NCBI GenBank assembly: GCA_964517555.1
Contig: CAZFEF010000002.1
Span: 19-64,018, forward strand
Reading direction: 5' to 3'
DNA length: 64,000 bases
Origin: an uncultured Gammaproteobacteria bacterium
Lineage (GTDB): Bacteria; Patescibacteriota; Patescibacteriia; Patescibacteriales; UBA12465
Positions 28,282-37,923 of the stretch are shown piece by piece. How positions within the stretch are numbered: the first letter of the stretch is position 1; each line of letters begins with the position of its first letter. Below the pieces are notes generated by a model. That model saw only the letters and a list, made by a program, of their open reading frames with translations. It did not search any database and had not been told where the DNA came from. A program made the position numbers and the translations under genes.

Positions 28282-28305
28282 CAGAACCCCTTAACAACAA
28301 TAGTT

Positions 28306-28506
28306 ATGGAAGTTGTGTTTGTTTCTTACGTCCCTCCGCGAGGCAAAAACGCGGAAACATGCCAGGCAAAAGTGCCCGGTTGTAATAATCCTTGCACTAG
28401 GACGGCTGTCTTAGGCATCCACAAAGTTTCTTGTTGCGACAACGAACGCTGTCAAACAGAATCTGAGTCACTATTGAAAGAGATCGATAGAATCAGCCGG
28501 AAATAG
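28306..28506 (+). CDS. Hypothetical Cys-rich small protein (66 aa), or possibly non-coding
   Basis: ORF with 7 Cys (CxxxxxxCxxxC...CCxxxxC), followed by a strong terminator. The region is GC-rich and hairpin-rich, so an RNA product is equally possible. Confidence 0.25.
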   Translation: MEVVFVSYVPPRGKNAETCQAKVPGCNNPCTRTAVLGIHKVSCCDNERCQTESESLLKEIDRISRK

Positions 28507-28525
28507 CCAGTTTGGCTAAAAAAGA

Positions 28526-28556
28526 AAAATCATGCTCAGAAATGAACATGATTTTT
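28526..28556 (+). terminator. Intrinsic terminator closing the tRNA cluster unit
   Basis: AAAATCATG / CATGATTTT 9-bp stem with a 12-nt loop and a T-run. Confidence 0.6.
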
Positions 28557-28630
28557 AATTAGCTAAAACTCTTGATTTTTATTTAATCTCGTGTTATTCT
28601 TTTAATGCTTTTATAATTTTAACCACTAAT

Positions 28631-28891
28631 ATGCCTAATAAAAAATCGGCTAAAAAAGAATTGCGCAAAACCGTAAAACGGAGCAAACAAAACGAAGAAA
28701 TGGCTAAAGCCATGAAAAACCTAGTAAAAGATAGCCAGAAAGCTATTAATCTCGGTAAAAAGGAAATTAAGAAAGACATCACTAAAACCATCAAGGCTAT
28801 TGACAAATTAGTTAAAAAAGGGATATTAAAGAAGAACACTGCTTCCCGCAAAAAATCTAAACTCCAGAAAAAAGTAAATAAGATAAAATAA
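28631..28891 (+). CDS. rpsT: 30S ribosomal protein S20
   Basis: 86 aa. MPNKKSAKKELRKTVKR.. is a typical S20 N-terminus. Confidence 0.9.
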   Translation: MPNKKSAKKELRKTVKRSKQNEEMAKAMKNLVKDSQKAINLGKKEIKKDITKTIKAIDKLVKKGILKKNTASRKKSKLQKKVNKIK

Positions 28892-28897
28892 ATTTAA

Positions 28898-28962
28898 TAT
28901 AATTAACTGCCTCTTCTTGGTTAGGGCCAAAACCCTATCTCGGAAGCTGGAAAGACAAGCTT
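28898..28962 (+). promoter_or_regulatory. rpsO promoter plus structured leader
   Basis: TATAAT at 28898-28903. Hairpins TAGGG/CCCTA (28922-28937) and AAGCT/AGCTT (28944-28962) follow, and the second abuts the ATG. Confidence 0.4.
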
Positions 28963-29325
28963 ATGTTAGACAAAAAAGCTAAGGAAAAAATCATTAAAAA
29001 ATTCCGCACCCATGAAAGCGACACTGGTTCGCCTCAAGTGCAAATTGCGATTCTATCAGCCGAAATCGACGAGTTAGTGGAGCATTTAAAAGCCCACAAA
29101 CACGACTACTCTTCTCGCCGTGGTTTGCTAAAAAAAGTAGCTGAAAGACGCCGCCTATTAAAGTACTTACAGAAAGAAAGCGCTGAGGCCTTCAAGGAAT
29201 TGGCTATTAAGTTAAAACTGAAGATCGCGACCAAGATGCAGGAAGAAGAAGAAGAAAAAAAGATGAAAGAGAAGAAATACGAAGAGATGGAAGAAGAGAT
29301 TGAAGCGGAAGAAGTAGAAAAATAA
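28963..29325 (+). CDS. rpsO: 30S ribosomal protein S15 with E/K-rich C-terminal extension
   Basis: The S15 core ([32 protein letters not shown]) is followed by about 35 extra residues rich in E, K and M. Confidence 0.9.
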   Translation: MLDKKAKEKIIKKFRTHESDTGSPQVQIAILSAEIDELVEHLKAHKHDYSSRRGLLKKVAERRRLLKYLQKESAEAFKELAIKLKLKIATKMQEEEEEKKMKEKKYEEMEEEIEAEEVEK

Positions 29326-29346
29326 GAAAGGAGCTAAAAACAAGAT

Positions 29347-29862
29347 ATGAGCAAAAACAAGAGCAAGATGATTAAGCATCCGGAACAAAGGGTCGGCGTT
29401 TTGGTGGATGTTTCCAACATGTATCACAGCGCCAAGAATGTTTACAAGAAACGGGTCAACTTTAAGGAAATTCTGACTCAAGCGGTAGCTGGCCGCAAAT
29501 TGATCCGCGCCACTGCCTATGTAGTGAGGGCGGAAAACGGCGACGAAGAAGCCTTCTTCGACGCCCTAAGTAAGCAAGGATTTGAAGTCAAAATCAAAGA
29601 CTTGCAGGTATTCGCTGGCGGAGCCAAAAAAGGAGATTGGGATGTTGGCATTACAATTGATGCCATCAAGCTAGCTGAGAAGCTGGATGTTATCGTCCTG
29701 GTTTCTGGCGATGGCGATTATTTACCGGTAGTGTCATATCTGCAAAACAACAAAGGTTGTTTAGTGGAAATTATGGCCTTCCCCCGCACTGCTTCAACAA
29801 AATTGGTCGAAGCTGCGGATGATTTTATCGACCTAAGCTCCAGCAACAAGTTTCTTATTTAA
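29347..29862 (+). CDS. NYN-domain (LabA-like) putative RNase
   Basis: 171 aa. RVGVLVDVSNMYHS and VLVSGDGDYLP are NYN/LabA hallmarks. Confidence 0.75.
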   Translation: MSKNKSKMIKHPEQRVGVLVDVSNMYHSAKNVYKKRVNFKEILTQAVAGRKLIRATAYVVRAENGDEEAFFDALSKQGFEVKIKDLQVFAGGAKKGDWDVGITIDAIKLAEKLDVIVLVSGDGDYLPVVSYLQNNKGCLVEIMAFPRTASTKLVEAADDFIDLSSSNKFLI

Positions 29863-29894
29863 ATTTTAAAAAATTCACCCATTTTTGAAAGAAA

Positions 29895-29915
29895 AACCTC
29901 TCCGGAGGTTTTTTT
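29895..29915 (+). terminator. Intrinsic terminator
   Basis: AACCTC-TCCG-GAGGTT hairpin plus T7. Confidence 0.65.
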
Positions 29916-29925
29916 ATTGGTCTAT

Positions 29926-29957
29926 AAAAAAACAGCCTGATGTTCGGGCTGTTTTTT
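29926..29957. terminator. Intrinsic terminator (bidirectional)
   Basis: AACAGCC / GGCTGTT stem with an A-run before and T6 after. Confidence 0.6.
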
Positions 29958-29970
29958 GTTACGCGATTCA

Positions 29971-30171
29971 TTAAAAACAACGGAGATAATAGAAACCTTG
30001 GAAAAAACTGACGGCGGCATACAAAAAAGCCAAGCAAGCCGCCAAAACTATCAAAGAACTGTTTTCTAGAACCACCAATAGGCTTATTCCGCCGCCGAGC
30101 GCAACTAATCCGGCGAAAAGGTTGAACCAACCTAGAAATTTGGCTTGAAACCTGGTTAAGTAAGTTGTCAT
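29971..30171 (-). CDS. Small membrane protein (66 aa, 2 TM)
   Basis: Hydrophobic ORF with a terminator downstream. Confidence 0.4.
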   Translation of the reverse strand: MTTYLTRFQAKFLGWFNLFAGLVALGGGISLLVVLENSSLIVLAACLAFLYAAVSFFQGFYYLRCF

Positions 30172-30299
30172 TATTTAGCGATTATAGCCTATTATTATCA
30201 CCAAAAACGATAAAAAGCAATGGCTTTACAAAATCTAATTAATGTTATACACTAGAACCAAGAAAATCACTAGAATTTTCGTTAAAATTAACTAATTTA

Positions 30300-30365
30300 G
30301 CTCTGACCCGCAGATAAGGAGAGCTGTAAGATCCGTCTTATAGTCTTTAATCTGTCGGCCAGAGC
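30300..30365 (+). promoter_or_regulatory. Long imperfect hairpin in the pnp 5' leader
   Basis: GCTCTGACCCGCAGAT (30300-30315) pairs with ATCTGTCGGCCAGAGC (30350-30365): 6 bp, 2 bp and 5 bp paired segments with internal mismatches. It ends 8 nt before the ATG. Confidence 0.45.
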
Positions 30366-30373
30366 CCAACCTT

Positions 30374-32623
30374 ATGGAAAAAACATTCCAAGGAGAGTGG
30401 CTGGGCCGCCCTCTATCCATTCGAACCGGAAAGCTAGCCAAACAGGCTGATGCTTCGGTTTTGGTCCAATACGGCGACACTGTAGTCATGGCGACTGTCG
30501 TGGAAGCCAAACAAGAACGCGACGGCGTCGACTTCTTCCCCTTGATGGTGGAGTTTGAAGAAAAACTATACGCCGCCGGTATTATTAAAGGCTCGCGCTG
30601 GGTTAAACGAGAAGGCCGTCCTACTGATCAATCCATTTTAACCGGTCGGATGATCGATCGCTCTATTCGTCCCCTATTTGACGATGAATCAAAAAAAGAC
30701 GTGCAAGTGATCATCACTGTCTTGTCGGTAGATGGAGAAAATGATCATGATATCGTTTCCCTAATTGCTGCTTCAGCCGTTTTATCTATTTCCGGATTAA
30801 AATGGCAAGGGCCAATTGGCGGAATTCGAGTTGGTTTAATCGAAGGTCAATTTGTTTTTAATCCAACCTATGAACAGCAAGCCTTAAGCTCACTAGATTT
30901 AATCGTCGCCGGAACCTCGGAAAAAGTCATCATGCTGGAAGCCGGAGCTCAAGAAGTTTCCGAAGATATTATCCTTTCCGCTATTATGGCCGGACAAAAA
31001 GAAATGCAGCCGGCTATTGCTTTGATCAAGGAACTTCAAGCTGGAGTAGAGATCAAAGAAAAGATTGAGAAGAAAAAATTAATCACCACCGAAGAAGAAA
31101 AACAAAAAGAGGAAAAAGAAAAACTTTTGACCTTAGGCCGAGCCTGGCTAAATGACAACATCAAAAATTTCTTATTCGACAAAACTTATTACACCAAAGG
31201 CGAAAGAAAAGCCGCGGTATCGGCAATCAAAGAAAATCTTAACCAACACTTATTCGACCAAGGAATTGAAAAGCCTCAGAGAGATTTCGTAGTTAAAAAA
31301 TTGGCTGAAGATATGATTGAAGCTGAAGTAACCCGCGCTATTCTAGACGAAAAGCGTCGAGTCGATGGACGGGCTTTAACCGAAATCAGAGAGTTAAACG
31401 GAGAAGTTGGCATCTTGCTTCGCAACCACGGCGCCGGATTATTCTCTCGTGGCGAAACTCAAGTCTTGTCCATTGTCACCCTTGGAGCTCCTGGACTAGA
31501 ACAGTCCTTAGAAGGAATTGAAGGAGCCAGCAAAAAAAGATACATGCATCATTATAATTTCCCACCTTATTCCGTCGGGGAGGCTTCACCGCTCCGCGGC
31601 ACTGGCCGCCGCGAAATCGGCCACGGCGCTCTAGCTGAAAAAGCTTTGATGCCAGTAGTACCGAACAAAGAAGATTTTGCCTATACTATCCGAGTCGTTA
31701 GCGAAACCTTGGGTTCCAATGGTTCATCCTCGATGGCCTCGACCTGCGGTTCGACTCTCGCCCTAATGGATGCCGGCGTACCGATTAAAAAACACGTGGC
31801 GGGTATTGCCATGGGCTTAGCCTCTAACGATGACATGTCTCGTTGGGAGGTCCTAACCGATATCCAAGACCTAGAAGATGGCAAGGGTGGTATGGATTTC
31901 AAAATCACCGGAACCGACACTGGCCTTACTGCTATTCAACTAGACACCAAGACCACCGGACTAACTGAAGAAATAATTAAGAAAACCTTAGAGCAAGGCC
32001 GAGCCGCCCTCAACGAAGTACTAGGGGTACTACAAGCCGCCTTACCGGCCCCGCGACCAGAGCTATCAAAATATGCCCCGCGGATGATTACTCTTCGCAT
32101 CAACCCAGAAAAGATTGGAGCAGTTATTGGTTCTGGCGGAAAAGTCATCAACAAAATGATCGATGAATACGACGTTAGTATTGATATTGAAGATGATGGC
32201 TTGGTAAACATCTGCGGTACTAATGCCGCTAACTGCGAAAAAGTGGAAGAATTAATTAAAGGAATCACCAAGGAATTCGTGGCTGGAGAAATTGTTCAGG
32301 GCAAAGTAGTGCGGATGTTGGAGTTCGGAGCTTTTGTGGAATTAAATGCCGGCAATGACGGCATGGTCCACGTCAGCGAACTCGCTCCTTATCACATCAA
32401 CAAACCCAGCGATTTCTTGAGCATCGGCGACATAGTAACCGTTAAAATCAAGGAAATCGACGATCAAGGACGAATCAACCTAACCATGAAAGGCCTGCCG
32501 GAGAATGAACCACTATGGCAAAGTCAGAAAGGAAAATCCGAACCACGACCTAGTGGCTTTAACGGCGGCGCTGGCCGATTTAATGGTCCTCGACCACCCC
32601 GTCGGGATAACTTCCGTCAATAA
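30374..32623 (+). CDS. pnp: Polyribonucleotide nucleotidyltransferase (PNPase)
   Basis: 749 aa with two RNase PH domains, KH (GSGGKVINKM) and S1 (GKVVRMLEFGAFVEL). It has an extra G/R/P-rich C-terminal tail. Confidence 0.95.
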   Translation: MEKTFQGEWLGRPLSIRTGKLAKQADASVLVQYGDTVVMATVVEAKQERDGVDFFPLMVEFEEKLYAAGIIKGSRWVKREGRPTDQSILTGRMIDRSIRPLFDDESKKDVQVIITVLSVDGENDHDIVSLIAASAVLSISGLKWQGPIGGIRVGLIEGQFVFNPTYEQQALSSLDLIVAGTSEKVIMLEAGAQEVSEDIILSAIMAGQKEMQPAIALIKELQAGVEIKEKIEKKKLITTEEEKQKEEKEKLLTLGRAWLNDNIKNFLFDKTYYTKGERKAAVSAIKENLNQHLFDQGIEKPQRDFVVKKLAEDMIEAEVTRAILDEKRRVDGRALTEIRELNGEVGILLRNHGAGLFSRGETQVLSIVTLGAPGLEQSLEGIEGASKKRYMHHYNFPPYSVGEASPLRGTGRREIGHGALAEKALMPVVPNKEDFAYTIRVVSETLGSNGSSSMASTCGSTLALMDAGVPIKKHVAGIAMGLASNDDMSRWEVLTDIQDLEDGKGGMDFKITGTDTGLTAIQLDTKTTGLTEEIIKKTLEQGRAALNEVLGVLQAALPAPRPELSKYAPRMITLRINPEKIGAVIGSGGKVINKMIDEYDVSIDIEDDGLVNICGTNAANCEKVEELIKGITKEFVAGEIVQGKVVRMLEFGAFVELNAGNDGMVHVSELAPYHINKPSDFLSIGDIVTVKIKEIDDQGRINLTMKGLPENEPLWQSQKGKSEPRPSGFNGGAGRFNGPRPPRRDNFRQ

Positions 32624-32686
32624 AAACCCAACTTGACTTTTAGGCATTGTTGGGATAATATCTAAAAAGCTAAAAAATTAACCACA

Positions 32687-33124
32687 TTGATTATGCTAAC
32701 AATCAGACTCTCTAAGGTTGGTAAGAGAAACAAAAAAATGTTCCGCTTGGTGGTATCCGAGAAGACCAAAGATCCCTTTGCTGATTCTTTGGAGATCTTG
32801 GGATCATATAACCCGCATAGCAAGGAGCTACAAGTTAAAGCCGACCGAATTAAACATTGGATTAAGTCCGGAGCTGGTATGTCCGATACCATTAATAACT
32901 TATTAGTGGAACACAAAATAATTGAGGGCAAAAAACTAGCTATTACCAAAATCAGCAATAAGCGCCAAGAGAAAATGGGTAAGAAAGCTGCTGAGGCCAA
33001 AAAAGCTGAAGAAGACGCTAAGGCCAAAGCTGAAGCTGCAGCCGCTGCACCAGAGGTCCCAGCCGAAGCTGCCCCGACTGAAGCTACCCCGGAAGAACCA
33101 AAAACCGAAGAAAACCCCAGTTAA
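32687..33124 (+). CDS. rpsP: 30S ribosomal protein S16 with A/E/K/P-rich C-terminal extension
   Basis: MLTIRLSKVGKRNKKMFRLVV is a typical S16 N-terminus, and about 60 extra low-complexity residues follow. Confidence 0.9.
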   Translation: MIMLTIRLSKVGKRNKKMFRLVVSEKTKDPFADSLEILGSYNPHSKELQVKADRIKHWIKSGAGMSDTINNLLVEHKIIEGKKLAITKISNKRQEKMGKKAAEAKKAEEDAKAKAEAAAAAPEVPAEAAPTEATPEEPKTEENPS

Positions 33125-33125
33125 C

Positions 33126-33153
33126 TTGACAAAAACAGTTATTCTGTTATAAT
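33126..33153 (+). promoter_or_regulatory. Near-consensus sigma70 promoter between rpsP and the KH gene
   Basis: TTGACA, 16 nt, TATAAT. A leader of about 105 nt follows, containing hairpins CCCTG/CAGGG (33166-33179) and CCGG/CCGG. Confidence 0.55.
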
Positions 33154-33266
33154 TAAACTACAATTCCCTGCTTTCAGGGCATGTATAATTAACAAAAGTT
33201 GACAAAGGCTGAACTGCCGGACCACCCGGAAATTCAATCCATTTGCCCAACTTTTATTCCCTCAGT

Positions 33267-33581
33267 ATGAAGGATAAAGAATTCTTAGAAATGGTAGTCA
33301 GGGCCATCGTGTCCAATCCGGAGGCTGTTTCTGTAGACAGAACAGTGGACGAGATGGGCGTTCTTTTGACCTTAAAAATCGATCCGGCTGACATGGGTTA
33401 TGTTATCGGTCGTCGCGGTCAGACCGCTCAGGCCATTCGCACCCTATTAAAGATCGTTGGTGCTAAGAATAACTCCCGTGTAAATTTAAAGATTTACGAT
33501 CCTAACGCTGGTTCTCGCCCGCGTCGTCAAGACCGTCCGGAAGTGGTAGACACCTCTGCGGTTGATGATTTAAAGATTTAA
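33267..33581 (+). CDS. KH-domain RNA-binding protein (YlqC/UPF0109 family)
   Basis: VIGRRGQTAQAIRTLL is the KH GxxG loop. I placed the start at ATG 33267 (MKDKEF), whereas the track start at 33243 is TTG. Confidence 0.8.
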   Translation: MKDKEFLEMVVRAIVSNPEAVSVDRTVDEMGVLLTLKIDPADMGYVIGRRGQTAQAIRTLLKIVGAKNNSRVNLKIYDPNAGSRPRRQDRPEVVDTSAVDDLKI

Positions 33582-33602
33582 TTCTGACAGTCAAACATAA
33601 TC

Positions 33603-33635
33603 AAAAAGCCACAGCTATTTTTTCTGTGGCTTTTT
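33603..33635 (+). terminator. Intrinsic terminator
   Basis: AAGCCACAG / CTGTGGCTT 9-bp stem plus T-run. Confidence 0.65.
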
Positions 33636-33650
33636 GATTAATTAAACTAT

Positions 33651-34313
33651 ATGAACTTCAAACTTCTAGGGATCTTCCCTAAAATCTTCGACTCTTACCT
33701 CGAAGAAAGTATAATTAAGCGGGCTCAAAAAAAGAAAATAATTACCATTTCTAGTTATGACCTGCGCGACTTCACTACCGATCGTCACCGCACCACCGAC
33801 GATACCCCTTATGGTGGTGGCGCTGGTATGATAATGAAGATCGAACCGATCTATCGAGCTTTAAAAAAAATTGCACCACGACGTCAGTCTAAAAGAAAAA
33901 TCATTCTGCTCTCAGCCCAAGGAAAAAAGTGGAATCAGGCTTTAGCCCAAAAATACAGCCGCTTAGATGAGTTGATTTTAATATCTGGCCGCTATGAAGG
34001 AGTGGATGATAGGGTAAAAAAATTAATTGATGAAGAAATATCTATTGGCGATTACGTTCTAACCGGAGGCGAGTTAGGCGCCCTAGTAATCATCGACTCT
34101 ATCACCAGGCTCCTGCCCGGAGCTCTGTTAAACACTGAAAGCATCAAAGATGAATCTCATTCTCGTTCCGGGGTATTAGAATATCCTCAATATACTAAAC
34201 CGGCGGCTATAAAGTTGGGCCAAAAAAAATACAGCGTTCCCGCTGTCTTGCTTTCCGGAGATCATAGAAAAATTAAAGAATGGCGCGAACAGAACCGTCC
34301 GCATCTAGAATAA
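33651..34313 (+). CDS. trmD: tRNA (guanine37-N1)-methyltransferase
   Basis: 220 aa with DDTPYGGGAGM, the SPOUT knot region GRYEGVDDR and SIGDYVLTGGE. Confidence 0.9.
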   Translation: MNFKLLGIFPKIFDSYLEESIIKRAQKKKIITISSYDLRDFTTDRHRTTDDTPYGGGAGMIMKIEPIYRALKKIAPRRQSKRKIILLSAQGKKWNQALAQKYSRLDELILISGRYEGVDDRVKKLIDEEISIGDYVLTGGELGALVIIDSITRLLPGALLNTESIKDESHSRSGVLEYPQYTKPAAIKLGQKKYSVPAVLLSGDHRKIKEWREQNRPHLE

Positions 34314-35289
34314 TTTTGCCCGGAAGCAGAAAACCGCTTGCCTGAGGATGGCCACCACCACCAAAGATCTGAGCCAAATGATTCATATTAACCGACTGGT
34401 CGCTGCTTCGCCAATTCCCTTTTAACCCTTCGGCTGTGTCCCGTAATAATAGCACTCCCTTTACCCCACCTAAATTGCTCAAAGCTCCAGCTACATCTCC
34501 AAAAACATCGTGGCCGACTAATTCAACGTTGTCTTGATCAATAATTTCTATTAATTCTTTTTGGCTTAAAACGGTAACCCCAAGATTATAACGCTCATTA
34601 ATGCGTAAGTTTCTCAAGGCTAGCCCCCAGATTTTCAGTGACAGCAAGTCTTGCCGTCGACTGGTGTTTTGTAATATTTTAGGCAGCTGGGCGCCTTTCT
34701 CCAATAATTCCGAAGAGATTTTAATAGCTCCGTCGCTGGTAACCGGATAAAGAAAGTTGCCGGTGTCGGTTAAGATGCCCGCCAAAAGCAAGTTGGCTAA
34801 ATTTTTATTAATTTTAACACCATTCTCTTTTAAAAAGTAATACAAAAGCTCAGCTGTAGAGCCTAGATGAGGGATGCGGATTTCTAAATCAGCGAATGAC
34901 TCGGTGCGGGGGTGATGGTCAAACTCAATAATATAAATATTTTCTCTTAACCCCTGGTCTTTAAATTCTTGTAAGTGCTGGCTGATCCCGGTACGCTTGG
35001 GTGAGCCACAATCTAAAACTAATAACAAATCATAGTTTTTCAAACTAAAATCTTCTGGTAATTTTGAAGCTACCTTCTCCTCGTGAGGAAGAAAGTTAAA
35101 AGTCAGTTCTTCCTTCTCTGAAGCATAAGCAAAATATTTTTTTCCTTGACTCTCAGCTATTTCGATCATCACGCCAATAGCTGACAAAGCATCCGGATCC
35201 GGATGCCAATGAGAAACTATTAATATATTTTTAGCCTTGGTAATTCGCTGATATGCTTGAACTAACAAAGGCTTAATCTCTTGATCCAT
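34273..35289 (-). CDS. DHH/DHHA1 phosphoesterase (NrnA-like oligoribonuclease/pAp phosphatase)
   Basis: 338 aa with SHWHPDPDALS, DHH as FDHHP and C-terminal GGGGHPQASG. Its 3' end overlaps the trmD 3' end by 41 nt. Confidence 0.8.
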   Translation of the reverse strand: MDQEIKPLLVQAYQRITKAKNILIVSHWHPDPDALSAIGVMIEIAESQGKKYFAYASEKEELTFNFLPHEEKVASKLPEDFSLKNYDLLLVLDCGSPKRTGISQHLQEFKDQGLRENIYIIEFDHHPRTESFADLEIRIPHLGSTAELLYYFLKENGVKINKNLANLLLAGILTDTGNFLYPVTSDGAIKISSELLEKGAQLPKILQNTSRRQDLLSLKIWGLALRNLRINERYNLGVTVLSQKELIEIIDQDNVELVGHDVFGDVAGALSNLGGVKGVLLLRDTAEGLKGNWRSSDQSVNMNHLAQIFGGGGHPQASGFLLPGKIILDADGSVRAIL

Positions 35290-35291
35290 AT

Positions 35292-35642
35292 TTAACCTAA
35301 AATTCGCCTGATTTCCGCTTCGTCTTGATCAATTACAGCCTCAACCTCAGCTGCTTTTTCTTCAGTGCTATCGATCGCCCAAGTAATCTGGGGGAAACGG
35401 CGAATCTTAACTCTCTTTTTTGCCTCTCGCAAAATAGTACTAGTTTTTTTACGCAACTCCTTAAGGGCGGTGCCGGCTAAATTAAAAGGCAAAACCGAAA
35501 CCCCCACCTTAGCGTAGTGTTCATCAGCCGAAGAGATAACATAAGTAACGGTAATCAGGGCTTCTGGCAAATCTACTTCTTTTAAAATAGCGGCCGCCAA
35601 TTCGTGCCGCAATAATTCATTGACCTGATCAACTTTAGACAT
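35292..35642 (-). CDS. rbfA: Ribosome-binding factor A
   Basis: 116 aa, immediately downstream of infB, with a KH-like RbfA pattern. Confidence 0.85.
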   Translation of the reverse strand: MSKVDQVNELLRHELAAAILKEVDLPEALITVTYVISSADEHYAKVGVSVLPFNLAGTALKELRKKTSTILREAKKRVKIRRFPQITWAIDSTEEKAAEVEAVIDQDEAEIRRILG

Positions 35643-35647
35643 AAAAA

Positions 35648-37633
35648 TTAAATTTTAGAGACCACTTCTTCTTCAGCATAAACACTCAAAATATCGCCCA
35701 CTTGAATAAGCGGTTGTCCTTCGTACTTCAAACCACACTCCTGATTAATTTCTACCCGGTTAACGTCTTGTTTGCCAGACTGAAGACGGGTTAGTTTGCC
35801 CTTAGTGACGATTTCTTTGTCGCGAGTAACCTCTATTAAAGTGTTTCCTTCTAGATAGCCATCTAAAACTTTGCCGCCCACCACCTGTTGATTGTTTTCA
35901 CTGCGGAAAATAGCTAGAACCTTTAAGCGGCCCAAATCACGACGAACAATATCTGGCTTAACCAAAGACTGCATTTCGCCTTTAACATATTTAATCAGGT
36001 CGTAAATGATGTTATATAGGTTAACCTTAACGCCGCTTTCACGAAGCAACAATTCGGCATTCGGCTGGAGACGCACGTTGAATCCTAAAATCTGAGCGCT
36101 AGAGTCTTCGGCTCGCTTAATATCACCCTCATTAACATTACCCAAACCGCGAGCAATAATTTTAACCTTAATCTTCTCGGTATTGAGCTTCATTAATGAT
36201 TCCTCAATAGCCTCAGCTGAACCCAAAACATCACTTTTAATAATAACATTAAACTTCGGGATGGAGTCGTCACCTTCTTCGGATTCAGCCGCTGATTTAA
36301 ATACTGCCGTAGCGGCCGAAATCACTTTTTTAGTCCGAATTCTCTCGCCCTCTCCAACCACCAACATATCCCCGACCTCGGGTAATAACTTTAATCCTAA
36401 AATCCTGGCTGGGAAAGATGGACCAGCTGATTCAATCACCTCTCCGCGATAACTTTTCAAAGCCTTGACCTTACCATAGACAGAGCCATTAAAACAAAGT
36501 TGGTCACCGACTTTTAGGGTTCCGTTTTGCACTAAGATCGTAGCGACAGGCCCAGCTCCCTTATCAACCTTGGCTTCAATAATAGTTCCCACTGCCGATG
36601 CCTCCGGATTAGCTCTTAAGTTATTATTCTCGGTCTCAGCTAATAGCACCAACATATCCAAAAGGTCTTCAATCCCCTTCCCGTCTTTAGCGGAAACTGG
36701 CACAGCGATAGCTTTCCCGCCCCAATCTTCGGTGATGATATTTAATTGAGTAGACAATTCTTGTTTGGTTCGGTTAATGTCCGCTTCGGACTTATCAATC
36801 TTATTAATCGCTACCACGTAAGGGATCTTAGCGGCTTCAATAATGCGAAAAGCTTCTACGGTTTGCGGCTTGACGCCATCGTCAGCTGCTACCACCAAAA
36901 CAGCAATATCGGCCACCTTAGCACCACGACTACGCATAGCCGTGAAAGCTTCGTGGCCAGGAGTGTCAATAAAAGTAATCAGTTGATCTTTGCGTTTTAC
37001 TTGATAGGCACCAATATGCTGAGTAATGCCTCCGGCCTCTCCGGCGACTACGTTAGTCTGACGGATAGCGTCTAATAATTTAGTCTTGCCATGATCAACA
37101 TGACCCATAACTACAATCACTGGCGGTCGTGACAGCATTTTGGTTTGGTCTTCATTAGCCAAAACCTCAGTGAGTTTTTTTTCTTCAAAATCATCCTCTA
37201 AAACACCATCCTTTTCTTCCAGTTTTATATCCAACCCTAAATCTTCACCAATAATGGAGGCGGTATCAAAATCAATCTTTTCATTCATGGAAACAAAGAT
37301 GCCGTTTTTCATCAATTCAGCCAAGACCTTGTTGACCGGCAACCCAGCCAAGGAGGCTAGATCTCGAACGGCGATCAACCTAGGAATGCTAACTTCCTTT
37401 TTTTCAATTTCTGGGGCAGCCTCGCCCAAACGCTCTCGAGCTTCTTTTTCCTCGGCCATCTTCTTAGCTTGAATACGACGATAGAATTCAGACCACTCTC
37501 TAATAATTCGTCGAGCAGTAACATTATCAACTTTAATCGCCTTTTGGCCAATATTAAAACCCATCTGCGGCAACAGATCTTTAAGTTCTTGAGGACTAAC
37601 TCGAAGAATTCTAGCTAATTCAGTGATATTCAT
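35648..37633 (-). CDS. infB: Translation initiation factor IF-2
   Basis: 661 aa with GTPase motifs [13 protein letters not shown] and NKID, plus conserved C-terminal domains. Confidence 0.95.
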   Translation of the reverse strand: MNITELARILRVSPQELKDLLPQMGFNIGQKAIKVDNVTARRIIREWSEFYRRIQAKKMAEEKEARERLGEAAPEIEKKEVSIPRLIAVRDLASLAGLPVNKVLAELMKNGIFVSMNEKIDFDTASIIGEDLGLDIKLEEKDGVLEDDFEEKKLTEVLANEDQTKMLSRPPVIVVMGHVDHGKTKLLDAIRQTNVVAGEAGGITQHIGAYQVKRKDQLITFIDTPGHEAFTAMRSRGAKVADIAVLVVAADDGVKPQTVEAFRIIEAAKIPYVVAINKIDKSEADINRTKQELSTQLNIITEDWGGKAIAVPVSAKDGKGIEDLLDMLVLLAETENNNLRANPEASAVGTIIEAKVDKGAGPVATILVQNGTLKVGDQLCFNGSVYGKVKALKSYRGEVIESAGPSFPARILGLKLLPEVGDMLVVGEGERIRTKKVISAATAVFKSAAESEEGDDSIPKFNVIIKSDVLGSAEAIEESLMKLNTEKIKVKIIARGLGNVNEGDIKRAEDSSAQILGFNVRLQPNAELLLRESGVKVNLYNIIYDLIKYVKGEMQSLVKPDIVRRDLGRLKVLAIFRSENNQQVVGGKVLDGYLEGNTLIEVTRDKEIVTKGKLTRLQSGKQDVNRVEINQECGLKYEGQPLIQVGDILSVYAEEEVVSKI

Positions 37634-37724
37634 AATTTTTTAAACTTAAGTCCACTATTTCCTGCCCTTTAGATATTAACACCTTTTGCACAAATGATTT
37701 TTGGCTAACATTGGCTATTTAGAA

Positions 37725-37750
37725 AAGATTAGTCCACAGATTAGTGGACT
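37725..37750 (-). terminator. Hairpin/terminator-like element after tRNA-Ala(GGC)
   Basis: On the minus strand: AGTCCAC-TAATCT-GTGGACT followed by AATCTTTT. Confidence 0.4.
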
Positions 37751-37791
37751 TATCTCCGAGCGCCTGATGAGTCGATAAACTAATAATTCTG

Positions 37792-37865
<74 letters not shown>

Positions 37866-37923
37866 TATTTATTAAAATAACATTCCCATTATATACTAGA
37901 GTTCAAAAATTTTCAATACTTTG

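Noticed and set aside
27944-28385. Track ORFs 27944-28183 (-) and 28107-28385 (+).
   Set aside because: They lie entirely across the four-tRNA cluster (Ile, fMet, Phe, Pro). Their GC-rich codons are tRNA sequence, not coding sequence.
28290-28510. SRP (4.5S) or 6S RNA downstream of the tRNA cluster.
   Set aside because: The region is GC-rich and hairpin-rich, but I could not find the conserved SRP domain IV motifs (GGAA/AGCA symmetric loop) or a 6S-like central bubble. I kept it only as a low-confidence Cys-rich ORF.
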